A stretch of 64,000 bases of DNA from contig JAYTOK010000053.1 in assembly GCA_043747835.1 (NCBI GenBank), positions 47,809 through 111,808 on the forward strand, read 5' to 3'. How positions within the stretch are numbered: the stretch's first letter is position 1; each line of letters starts with the position of its first letter. A program made the position numbers and the translations under genes. The notes beneath the pieces were generated by a model. It was not told the origin of the DNA. It made no database searches and was given only the letters and a program-made list of their open reading frames with translations. Below, piece by piece: positions 54,494 to 62,870 of the stretch. This DNA comes from Pseudomonadota bacterium. GTDB lineage: Bacteria > Pseudomonadota > Gammaproteobacteria > Steroidobacterales > Steroidobacteraceae.

Positions 54494-55666
54494 ATGCCTC
54501 TCCATTTACGACATTTGGTGTCCGGCACTACCCTGCTAGTCGCGCTGCTGTTCTCATCCGCGCTCGTCGCCGCTCCTGACGCGCGCACGTGGACCTACCA
54601 ATACGTCCTCGCGACAGCAACGACCGAGCGCGAACTCTCGCCGATCGCCGAACAGATCGTCAGGGACGCGACGCTGCAGCGCGCCGAGATCCTGGATTTC
54701 GCGGCCGAAGTCCTGCTTGCCCGCAACGGTGACGCCAGCTTCCCGCTGCAGAGCAAGCTGCTGCTGATCCGCATGCTCGGCGCGGCCGGGAGCCCGCGAT
54801 ACAACGCGCTGTTGCTGCGGGTCTCGAGGCAGTTGGAGAACGAAGACGTTCTGAACGAGGCACGCACCGCGACCTACCGGAAGAAAATACCTGTTGCGGA
54901 GCCGTACGTTCCTGGATCGATCGACATCCATGCGATCGTCGCCGAGGTCGATGCGTTGGCACTCGCCGCGAAACCCACGACTGCGCAGGGCGAACACCTC
55001 TCTGAGTTTCCGGGAGGAACGCTGGATCAACTGTTCGAGTGGGCCGGAAAACCGCACCAGATCGTGACCTTCGAGAACCGCGTCGGTTACAAGGTCCAGC
55101 GCATGACGTTCTTTTATCGCGGCGTCGGCCGCGTCGTCTACGGTTACAACGGCAACGAGAAACTCTGGCTGTTCCAGGCCGTCGTCGCAGATCCGCTGGC
55201 TTTCGAGCAGGAGTTCTCGTACCGCGGCCGCGCGGCGCAGCTCGGGCTTCCCGATGAACCGACGCTCGAGATGATCCAGCTCGCCAGCGGTTACACGGCG
55301 TCGATCAGGCTGGCCGTCGAGAGGAACAATCTGCGAAAAAAACGCCCGCTCGAGTTCCTGGATACCGCCGCGGAGATTCTGGCCACGCAGTTCAAGGAAG
55401 AAGTCGACCCGGTGAGAGTCGACATGCTTGCGTGGATCTCTCGCCTGCTCACGACGCACGGCGGGCAGCGCTATGCGCCGCTCCTCTCGCGCGTCGCTCG
55501 GGGTGCCAAGGATTACAAACTGAGGCGCTTCGCGGTTTGGGCCATTGAGAAGACCGACGAGGTGCCCGCGGAACCCTACGTTCCCGGCACGATCTCGCTC
55601 GCCGCGCAGCGCGCGAAGTATCCCAGCCTGTATCCCGAATCGACGTTCCAGAGCGGCAGACTCTGA
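54494..55666 (+). CDS. secreted protein of unknown function, tandem paralog 2
   Basis: Trimmed to MPLHLRHLVSGTTLLVALLFSSALVAA. 390 aa. Collinear with paralog 1. Confidence 0.7.
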   Translation: MPLHLRHLVSGTTLLVALLFSSALVAAPDARTWTYQYVLATATTERELSPIAEQIVRDATLQRAEILDFAAEVLLARNGDASFPLQSKLLLIRMLGAAGSPRYNALLLRVSRQLENEDVLNEARTATYRKKIPVAEPYVPGSIDIHAIVAEVDALALAAKPTTAQGEHLSEFPGGTLDQLFEWAGKPHQIVTFENRVGYKVQRMTFFYRGVGRVVYGYNGNEKLWLFQAVVADPLAFEQEFSYRGRAAQLGLPDEPTLEMIQLASGYTASIRLAVERNNLRKKRPLEFLDTAAEILATQFKEEVDPVRVDMLAWISRLLTTHGGQRYAPLLSRVARGAKDYKLRRFAVWAIEKTDEVPAEPYVPGTISLAAQRAKYPSLYPESTFQSGRL

Positions 55667-55754
55667 ACCGGCGGCCGTACCGCCGCCTCGCATCCGAATC
55701 AATTCGCGCGCCGTACGAACGGTATGGCCGCTTTGCGCCCGCGTCTGGGCGAGG

Positions 55755-55792
55755 GCCGGCGTCGTCTCAACGGTCCGGCGCCGGTCTTTTTT
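55755..55792 (+). terminator. possible intrinsic terminator after the paralog pair
   Basis: GCCGGCG...CGCCGGT forms an imperfect stem followed by a T6 run at 55787-55792. Confidence 0.35.
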
Positions 55793-55937
55793 GAGGCTGA
55801 CGCCGGAATCTGATCCCGGCCTCCGGCCGGGTCCGTGCACTGGTGTTTTTCTTCGTTCGAGGGCGTTTGCATCCGTCTTCTCCGATTGGACGTAATCGAT
55901 GACTGAAGCCATCGTTTACTAACTACCGGAGTCGATC

Positions 55938-56492
55938 ATGTCCAAGAAGAATCTGCTGGGGGTCGCCGTCGCGCTCGCGCTCGGTGCCGTCTCGTTCAAC
56001 GCCGCGGCCGACGTCATGGTCGGTGGCAGCGCGATGCTGCCGCAAAAGAACATCGTGCAGAACGCCGTCAACTCGAAAGACCACACGACGCTCGTCGCCG
56101 CGGTGAAAGCCGCCGGCCTCGTCGACACGCTTCAAGGCAAGGGACCGTTCACGGTGTTCGCGCCGGTGAACGCCGCGTTCGCCGCGCTGCCCATGGGCAC
56201 GGTCGACACGCTGCTCAAGCCCGAGAACAAGGAGATGCTCACGAAGGTGCTGACGTATCACGTCGTCGCCGGCCGGCTCACCGCCAGCGATCTCGATCGC
56301 CTCATCGCGAAAGGCAACGGCAGCGCGATGCTCGACACTGTCAGCGGCGGCAAGCTCTGGGTCATGAAGAACGGCGCGCGCAACATCACGATCAAGGACG
56401 AAGCCGGCGCCGTCGCCGACATCTCGATCTACGACGTGCTGCAGTCGAACGGCGTCATCCACTCGGTCGACAAGGTGTTGCTGCCGAAGTGA
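55938..56492 (+). CDS. fasciclin (FAS1) domain protein
   Basis: Signal peptide, then FAS1 motifs FTVFAPVNAAF, TYHVVAG and NGVIHSVDKVLLP. Confidence 0.9.
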   Translation: MSKKNLLGVAVALALGAVSFNAAADVMVGGSAMLPQKNIVQNAVNSKDHTTLVAAVKAAGLVDTLQGKGPFTVFAPVNAAFAALPMGTVDTLLKPENKEMLTKVLTYHVVAGRLTASDLDRLIAKGNGSAMLDTVSGGKLWVMKNGARNITIKDEAGAVADISIYDVLQSNGVIHSVDKVLLPK

Positions 56493-56542
56493 TTTCGGTT
56501 TGCGGGCGCCCCACTCCCTGAGATACCCGCGTTACCGCGGCC

Positions 56543-56570
56543 CACGGCCGGGGCGAAAGCTCCGGCCGTG
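56543..56570. terminator. GC-rich hairpin with GAAA tetraloop between convergent genes
   Basis: CACGGCCGGGGC-GAAA-GCTCCGGCCGTG forms a 12-bp stem with one G-T pair. No U-tract on either side. Confidence 0.45.
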
Positions 56571-56574
56571 TCGC

Positions 56575-58542
56575 CTAACTTCCGGACTTTACCGAGGTTG
56601 GGACCTCGAGCTCCGTCAGCTTCCGTTCCATGAGCGCCCCGAAATCCGCCTGCGGGTCGGAGCGGCTCACGTCCTCCTGCGTTTCGCGCGCGCCGATCGC
56701 CGTGCGCGCGGCGTCGAACGCGGCACGCAGGTTCGCGGCCGACGGCAACGCGTCGCGATAGAACGCTTCTCCAAAATAGGTGAGATCGCGATCATCGGAG
56801 CAGCCGAAGGAAGTTCGATCCTTCGCGGCGGCGGTGAGCACGATCGTGCGCTCGTCTTTCAAATGCTCGATGAAACTGCCGGCATGACATGCCGAGATCA
56901 CGATCACTCGCCACTGGATGCCGGACTCGTCGAGCATTTCCCGCAGCTCAACGCCCGACAGATCGTTCCAGTAGAAAGCTTCGTTGCTCACGCTCAGGGT
57001 CGCGTCCTCGCTGCCATGCGATGACAAGGCGAGGAACAGCACGTCGCGCTCGCGGTCCATGCGCTTGCCGATCTGCGCGAGTCCGTAACGCAATGCCGGC
57101 GCCGTCGCATACGGCAGCGTCTCCTCGTCACGGCGGTCGTTGACGAGAAGGAGTTGGCGCTCCGAGCTCTCGTATCGCTTGCCGACCACGCTCGCGGCGG
57201 TGTGGATCTCTTCGGCGAAGACGCGTTGGGCACCGAAGCCCGCGAAGCCGACGAAGTAGACAGCCGCGGCGTCCGCGGGAGGCGCGCTCATCCTCGCGAT
57301 CTGCGCATCGATGCGCGCGGGTTGGTCGAAGAGAAGTTGCTCGCGGTCGACCGTGTCACGCTCGCTACGCTCGTAGTCTTCCGGGCTGTGCCACAACGCG
57401 GACGGGAAAGTGTAGTTGGCAGCGAACCAAATCAGGCCCAGCGCGACGGCGATCGCTGCCGTGACCGCGCGCGGCTGCGCGCTGCCGTTCATCGCGCGAA
57501 CGCCGGCTTCGAGGAAGTTGCCGGCGAACACCAACAGCGCGATGGTGAGCAAGAACACCCCGCCGCGCGGGATTTCGTCGATGAATGTCGAGGCCGCGCT
57601 CAACAGCGGCAGGAAACTCAACACGAGCAGTAACGTCCGGCGGACAGGCAGGGGCGGCGAGGCGAGCCTCGCGAGAACCCAGCCGACGCAGAGGACGAAC
57701 ACGACGTAGCGAGCGAGATCCGCGACGCCCCACCACATGAACTCGATCCGGCCGCCTTCACCGTCGTAGGCGAGTCGCTGGAAGAGGACCCACAACAGCA
57801 CGTTGAACACGCCGAGCCACACGATCGTGATGTCGCGACCGACGAGATGCAGCGGGTTCGGGGGAAGGCGGATCGGGAGACGCAGCAACGCCAACAGTTC
57901 GTCGCGAAGGCGCGGCGGCGCCTGTGCTGGTGCTGGCGGTAAGGCTTCGGGCGCCGGTGCGAGGGCGTTGTCTGGCGAGACGACCGCGACCGCGGCTCCA
58001 GTTGCGCTCTCCACCGGCGGGGATGCGGCTGCTTTGAATGCATCGAGGCGTGCCACGAACTGATCGGGGGTCAGCGGTGCCGGCAAATCTCCCGCTCGCA
58101 AGCAGTAGGCGGAGATCGCATCGATCCACAGGAAGATGTGCGTCGGGGTGCGCGTGACGTCGCGCAACATTGCCCACTCCATCTGGGTGCGGCAATGCGC
58201 GCGCGTCGCGGAAAAGCCGGCAGGGCTGAATTCGAAAGTCGACGTTCCGACGAACGCGCCGTTTTCATCGGGACCGTACAGGCGGCTCTGGACGAACGTG
58301 AGCAGTCCGACATAAACGAGGAACAAGAGCGCCGCGGACACGATAATCGATCCGTTGAAATCCGGGACCGTCGAGTAGAGCACCGCGAGCACGACGACCA
58401 GGCCCACCCACGGGAGTTGGGGCAGCATGCGCTGGCGCAGTGGGAACTGCTGGCGGCGTGCCTGCGCGCGTTGGCCGCAGGCCTGCAGCAGCGCTTTCCA
58501 GTCGCCACGATCCAGAGTTGTCGTGACGGCGAAGCTATCCAT
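56575..58542 (-). CDS. membrane-bound C13-family (legumain-like) cysteine peptidase with N-terminal YcxB-like domain
   Basis: C-terminal domain with the His-Gly / Ala-Cys dyad (LALSSHG, VISACHAG). Central polytopic region. N-terminal YcxB-like segment. Confidence 0.8.
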   Translation of the reverse strand: MDSFAVTTTLDRGDWKALLQACGQRAQARRQQFPLRQRMLPQLPWVGLVVVLAVLYSTVPDFNGSIIVSAALLFLVYVGLLTFVQSRLYGPDENGAFVGTSTFEFSPAGFSATRAHCRTQMEWAMLRDVTRTPTHIFLWIDAISAYCLRAGDLPAPLTPDQFVARLDAFKAAASPPVESATGAAVAVVSPDNALAPAPEALPPAPAQAPPRLRDELLALLRLPIRLPPNPLHLVGRDITIVWLGVFNVLLWVLFQRLAYDGEGGRIEFMWWGVADLARYVVFVLCVGWVLARLASPPLPVRRTLLLVLSFLPLLSAASTFIDEIPRGGVFLLTIALLVFAGNFLEAGVRAMNGSAQPRAVTAAIAVALGLIWFAANYTFPSALWHSPEDYERSERDTVDREQLLFDQPARIDAQIARMSAPPADAAAVYFVGFAGFGAQRVFAEEIHTAASVVGKRYESSERQLLLVNDRRDEETLPYATAPALRYGLAQIGKRMDRERDVLFLALSSHGSEDATLSVSNEAFYWNDLSGVELREMLDESGIQWRVIVISACHAGSFIEHLKDERTIVLTAAAKDRTSFGCSDDRDLTYFGEAFYRDALPSAANLRAAFDAARTAIGARETQEDVSRSDPQADFGALMERKLTELEVPTSVKSGS

Positions 58543-58616
58543 CGGCTCTCCCTCGGTGGTTCGGTAGTTTGGCAGACGGCTCGTCGCGGGTTCGTGACAC
58601 AGCGCACGGCAACGGA

Positions 58617-59426
58617 TCAGCGGCCGGATACGGTGCCTGACCCCAATCCCGCGAGCTTCGATTCGATCGAGGATCCGAAGTACGACTGCGGCTGCGACGG
58701 AGTGACTTTCTCCGCGCGCTCGCGGCTGCGGATCGCGCGGCGCGCCGTCTCCGCCGCGGCGCGCAGGTTGGGCGCGGCCGGAAGCGCATCGCGGAAGAAC
58801 GCTTCACCGAAGTAGGTGAGATCGCGCTCGTCCGAGCATCCGAATGACGTGCGGCGCTTCGACGAGGCGGTGATCACGATGCTCTCGTCGTGCGCCAGCG
58901 GCTTGATGAACGCCCCGGAAAAGCACGCGGAGACGACGACGACCTGCCAGCGGATTCCCGACTGCCGCAGGATCTCCGCCAGGTCATCCGCCGCGAGCCC
59001 GCGCGCGGGCTCGCCCGTGTTCGAGACCTCGATCATCGCGTTCCTGACGCCGTGCGAGGACAGCACGAGGAACAGCACGTCCTCGTCGCGGTTCATGACC
59101 TTGGCCAGCGCATTCGCGGCATGCCGCAATGCGAGGCCGGTTGCAAGTGGATAGGTGGTGAGGTCGCGCCGGTCGTTGATGAGCAGCAGCGATCGATCGG
59201 TCGAGCCATATTTCTCGCCGACGCGCGCGGCCGCGAGCTTGATCTCTTCCGCGAAGACGCGTTCCTCGCCGTAGCCCGCGAAACCCAGGAAATAGAACTC
59301 CGGCCTGCCATCTACCTGCGGAGGAAATCTGGCGACGGTCGCGTCGATGAGGGAGTATTGGGCGGTCGGCTCGTCCGCGCTGAGCGGGGCGGCAACGAGC
59401 GCCATCAATAGACAGAGGATGCGCAT
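58617..59426 (-). CDS. secreted C13-family cysteine peptidase (short paralog)
   Basis: Signal peptide MRILCLLMALVAAPLSA. LVLSSHG and VVSACFSG. The C-terminal half is collinear with the neighbouring C13 gene. Confidence 0.8.
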   Translation of the reverse strand: MRILCLLMALVAAPLSADEPTAQYSLIDATVARFPPQVDGRPEFYFLGFAGYGEERVFAEEIKLAAARVGEKYGSTDRSLLLINDRRDLTTYPLATGLALRHAANALAKVMNRDEDVLFLVLSSHGVRNAMIEVSNTGEPARGLAADDLAEILRQSGIRWQVVVVSACFSGAFIKPLAHDESIVITASSKRRTSFGCSDERDLTYFGEAFFRDALPAAPNLRAAAETARRAIRSRERAEKVTPSQPQSYFGSSIESKLAGLGSGTVSGR

Positions 59427-59538
59427 GGCCGGAAGTTTACAACCCGGACCGGCTCAGGCGCTTGAAAGGGCGAGGAGTCCGGCCTCAGAATCGGGGCGCT
59501 CAGGGGACGGTTCGAAAAACTAAAACATCGAGGGAATC

Positions 59539-60108
59539 ATGACCGAGCTCAGCGCTCTCTGGCTGCCGATCCTGCTGGCCGCCGTCTTCTGCTTCTTCCT
59601 CAGCGCGATCATCCACATGGGACCGCTCTGGCACCAGAACGATTTCCCGTCCGTGCCGAACGAAGACCGCGCGCGTGCGGCGATCGGGCCGCTCGGCATT
59701 CCGCCGGGCGAGTACATGATGCCGCGATGCTCGACCCATGCGGAGTCGCGCTCGCCGGAGTTCATCCAGAAGATGAGCGAGGGACCGGTGTGGCTGATCA
59801 CCGTTCGACCGAACGGGATGATCGGCATGGGCGGCATGCTCGGCGGCTGGTTCATCTATCTACTGATCGTCATCGTGTTCGCCGCGTACGTCTCGTCGCA
59901 CGCGCTCGCGCCGGGTGCGCACTATCTCGAAGTGTTCCGCTTCGTCGGAACGACGGCGTTCATGGGCCTGGCGCTCGCGCAGATTCCGAACTCGATCTGG
60001 TATGGACGAAACTGGAGCACGACGTTCAAGCACCTGCTCGACGGGTTGATCTATGCGCTGGTGACCGCCGGCACGTTCGGATGGCTGTGGCCGAAGGTGG
60101 CGGTTTAA
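59539..60108 (+). CDS. conserved-looking membrane protein, unknown function
   Basis: 189 aa with four TM helices and good codon bias. The TAA stop lies inside repeat copy C. Confidence 0.6.
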   Translation: MTELSALWLPILLAAVFCFFLSAIIHMGPLWHQNDFPSVPNEDRARAAIGPLGIPPGEYMMPRCSTHAESRSPEFIQKMSEGPVWLITVRPNGMIGMGGMLGGWFIYLLIVIVFAAYVSSHALAPGAHYLEVFRFVGTTAFMGLALAQIPNSIWYGRNWSTTFKHLLDGLIYALVTAGTFGWLWPKVAV

Positions 60109-60223
60109 TGGGGATATTCCCCGTTTCCTAGCAAAAGGGGAGGGACCTGAGCGTAACCGCAGGCGCCCCACCGCTGTCTGAGGTCCCTCCCCTTTTGCTA
60201 GGAAACGGGGAATATCCCCATTA
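60106..60223. repeat. REP/MITE-like palindromic element (family copy C)
   Basis: 43-nt perfect inverted repeat TAATGGGGATATTCCCCGTTTCCTAGCAAAAGGGGAGGGACCT at 60106-60148 and 60181-60223, with a 32-nt loop. Confidence 0.9.
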
Positions 60224-61435
60224 CTTCGTCGCCCTCAGCGCGATCAACACGCACCCAAACGTCATCGCCCCCGCAACGAGGAAAGGCGCTCCCGGCAGGT
60301 AGATGGACGCCTCCCCGCCCGCGTAGTGGCTGAACAACTGCGTCATGAAGATCGGCGACAACACCGCCGCGATGCTCGCGATGCTGGCCAGCGCGCCCTG
60401 CAGCTCACCCTGCGATGACGGCCCCGCCTGCCGCGACATCACGCTCTGCACCGCGGGGTTCGCGATGCTGCCCAAAGATCCGATCGCGATCGCGGGGTAG
60501 ATCATCCACCCGAGCGGCACGAGCGCATACGCGATGAACCCGACGGTCATCAGCAGGAATCCCGCCACGATCGCTCGCCGCTCGCCGAGCTTCGGCACGA
60601 CCCATCCCGTCAAACCCCCCATGACGATCACCGTCATGACGCCGACGAACGTGAGCGACCATCCGGTCTCTGCCGGTCCCCAACCAAACTTCTGCGCGGT
60701 GAAGAACATCCACACGGCCGGCAGCGAGTCGTGCGCGATCTGGTAGAGGAACACCGCGAACAACAATCCCGCGACCATGGGCAGATGCGCCAGCGCCTTC
60801 AACGCGCCGAATGGATTCGCGCGCGCCCATTCGAACTTCCGGCGCCGCTCCGGCGGCAGCGACTCGGGCAACGCGAAATACCCGAACACGACGTTCGCCA
60901 ACGCGAGCGCCGCCGCCACGAAGAACGGCGCGCGCGGGTCGAGCCACTCTGCGACGAAGCCGCCGATCACGGGGCCCAGCGTGAAGCCGCCGCCCCAGGC
61001 GGCGCCGATGAAGCCGAAATGCTTCGCCCGGTTGGTGTCGTCGGAGATGTCGCCGATGTACGCGCCGGCGGCGGCAAACGATGCACCGAACACACCGGCG
61101 AACGCGCGGCCGACGAACAGCCACACCATCGACGTCGCGAGGCCGGTCAGCAGGAAATCCACGCCGAACGCGAGCAGCGAGCCGAGAAGCAAGGGTCGCC
61201 GCCCGTACCGGTCGCTCAGGTTCCCGACGATGGGCGCCATGAAGAACTGCAGCAGCGCGTATACCGCCATGAGGTAGCCGCTCCAGTCCGCGGCGGTGCT
61301 CACCGGCTCTCCCGTGAGCTGCATGATCACGGGGGGCAGCGACGGGATGATGATTCCGAACCCCAGACTGTCGATGAAGACCGTGAGCAGGACGAAGGTG
61401 AGGGCGGCGCGGCTGGACGTCATGGGGGCCGGCAT
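60221..61435 (-). CDS. MFS transporter (Tet/TCR-like drug:H+ antiporter family)
   Basis: Track ORF trimmed to MPAPMTSSRAALTFVLL. Motif A is GNLSDRYGRRPLLL. 12 TM helices. Confidence 0.85.
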   Translation of the reverse strand: MPAPMTSSRAALTFVLLTVFIDSLGFGIIIPSLPPVIMQLTGEPVSTAADWSGYLMAVYALLQFFMAPIVGNLSDRYGRRPLLLGSLLAFGVDFLLTGLATSMVWLFVGRAFAGVFGASFAAAGAYIGDISDDTNRAKHFGFIGAAWGGGFTLGPVIGGFVAEWLDPRAPFFVAAALALANVVFGYFALPESLPPERRRKFEWARANPFGALKALAHLPMVAGLLFAVFLYQIAHDSLPAVWMFFTAQKFGWGPAETGWSLTFVGVMTVIVMGGLTGWVVPKLGERRAIVAGFLLMTVGFIAYALVPLGWMIYPAIAIGSLGSIANPAVQSVMSRQAGPSSQGELQGALASIASIAAVLSPIFMTQLFSHYAGGEASIYLPGAPFLVAGAMTFGCVLIALRATK

Positions 61436-61491
61436 TCTCCGGCATATGTATAGTCTGCATCCAGTAGTAGCTGTCGACCGTAGCAAAGCAC

Positions 61492-62058
61492 ATGGACCGG
61501 ACCGACTCATTGCCCCCGGAAATCGAGCTCGCCCGGCTCTTGCAGCGCTGTGCGGCCGAGGACAGCGCCGCATTCCGGACGCTGTACGACAAGACATCGC
61601 CCATCCTTTTCGCGCGCCTGCTGCGCATGCTCCGCCGCCGTTCGGTCGCCGAAGAGGCACTGCAGGACGTGTATGTCCGCATCTGGCAGCGTGCCTCGCA
61701 GTTCGAAGCGCACCGCGGCCGCGCGCTGGCGTGGATGGTCACGATCGCGCGCTATGCCGCCATCGACCTGATGCGTCGCGAGCGCATGACGCTGGTCTCC
61801 GACGATTCGCTCGCGGAGATTGCCGACGAGTCGGCGGGCGACGCGGGGGGCATCGAAAAGCCTAACAACTTCGACGACTGCATCGGCCGCCTCAACGACA
61901 AGACGCAGCAATGTCTGAATCTGGCCTTCGTTGAAGGCCGTTCGCACGAAGAGATCGCCCGGCTCACGACCAATCCGCTGGGCAGCGTGAAGAGCTGGAT
62001 TCGCCGCGGATTGCTGAGCCTCAAGGAATGTCTGTCCGCCGAGGGGCAGGCGACATGA
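61492..62058 (+). CDS. ECF-type RNA polymerase sigma factor
   Basis: Region 2 (EEALQDVYVRIWQRA) and region 4 (LAFVEGRSHEEIARLTTNPLGSVKSWIRRG). Confidence 0.85.
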   Translation: MDRTDSLPPEIELARLLQRCAAEDSAAFRTLYDKTSPILFARLLRMLRRRSVAEEALQDVYVRIWQRASQFEAHRGRALAWMVTIARYAAIDLMRRERMTLVSDDSLAEIADESAGDAGGIEKPNNFDDCIGRLNDKTQQCLNLAFVEGRSHEEIARLTTNPLGSVKSWIRRGLLSLKECLSAEGQAT

Positions 62059-62747
62059 GGTCGCCCAATCGGGATCTGCTGGACCGCCTCGCGGCGGAAT
62101 ACGTACTCGGCACGCTGCGGGGCCGCGCACGCCGGCGCTTCGAAAGCTGGCTCGTGTCGCCGCAGGTGGGGGCCCTCGTGAACGCCTGGGAAAACAGACT
62201 CGCTGGACTCGAACCGCCTTTGAAGAGCGTCGCGCCGCCGGCGTCCGTCTGGCGCGGCATCCAGAGCAAGCTCGAGCTGCGCCGCGCGCCCGCTCATTCG
62301 TCGATGCGTTGGGTCGGCATCGCCGCTTCGCTGCTGTTCTTCGGCGTGCTCGGCGTGTTCCTCACGCGCGAGGGGCTCAAGCCGCCCGTGGTCGAAATGC
62401 TCGCGTCAACGCAGCGCTCGTTCCTGCAGGCCGATCCGCAAACTATCTACTGGCGCGTCGAGATTCTCGGCGAGAACCAGGAGATCTCCCTGCACGTGCA
62501 CGTCGTCCACGACCTGCCGCCCGGCAAGTCGCACGAGCTCTGGGCGCTGCCTGAAGGTGGCGGCGCGCCCGTTTCGCTCGGCCTGATGCCGCACACCGGA
62601 GACCAACGTCGCGTCCTGACCGCCATGCAGCGCGTGGCGCTCGGGAATTCGCGGCAGATCGCCGTGAGCCTCGAGCCCGAGGGCGGCTCTCCCACGGTCG
62701 GGCCGACCGGTCCCGTGCTGCTCGTGGCCCCCCTCGCGCCGGCTTGA
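62055..62747 (+). CDS. anti-sigma factor, RskA (anti-sigma-K) type
   Basis: ATGA overlap with the sigma stop. N-terminal LAAEYVLGTL, a single TM helix, and a C-terminal RskA-like domain HELWALPEGGGAPVSLG...AVSLEPEGGSPTVGPTGPVLL. Confidence 0.75.
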   Translation: MRSPNRDLLDRLAAEYVLGTLRGRARRRFESWLVSPQVGALVNAWENRLAGLEPPLKSVAPPASVWRGIQSKLELRRAPAHSSMRWVGIAASLLFFGVLGVFLTREGLKPPVVEMLASTQRSFLQADPQTIYWRVEILGENQEISLHVHVVHDLPPGKSHELWALPEGGGAPVSLGLMPHTGDQRRVLTAMQRVALGNSRQIAVSLEPEGGSPTVGPTGPVLLVAPLAPA

Positions 62748-62870
62748 TTTCATTCGGGCGGCGACCACCCGAAAGGGTGTGAAGCCGTTCTCAATGAGGG
62801 ACTTACGGGCGCCCCCATTATGAGAGGCAGGCCCAAGTCTATTGCGCCGCAACTCCTTAAAGTCAACTCC

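Noticed and set aside
38904-60223. The recurring AATGGGGA...AAAGGGGA repeats as a CRISPR array
   Set aside because: The copies are tens of kb apart, occur in inverted pairs and have no regular repeat-spacer periodicity. No cas genes are present.
62748-62870. ECF-type promoter (GGAAC-N16-17-CGTC-like) upstream of the DUF11 gene
   Set aside because: I could not find a convincing -35/-10 pair by eye. Only a small CACCC-GAAA-GGGTG hairpin is present.
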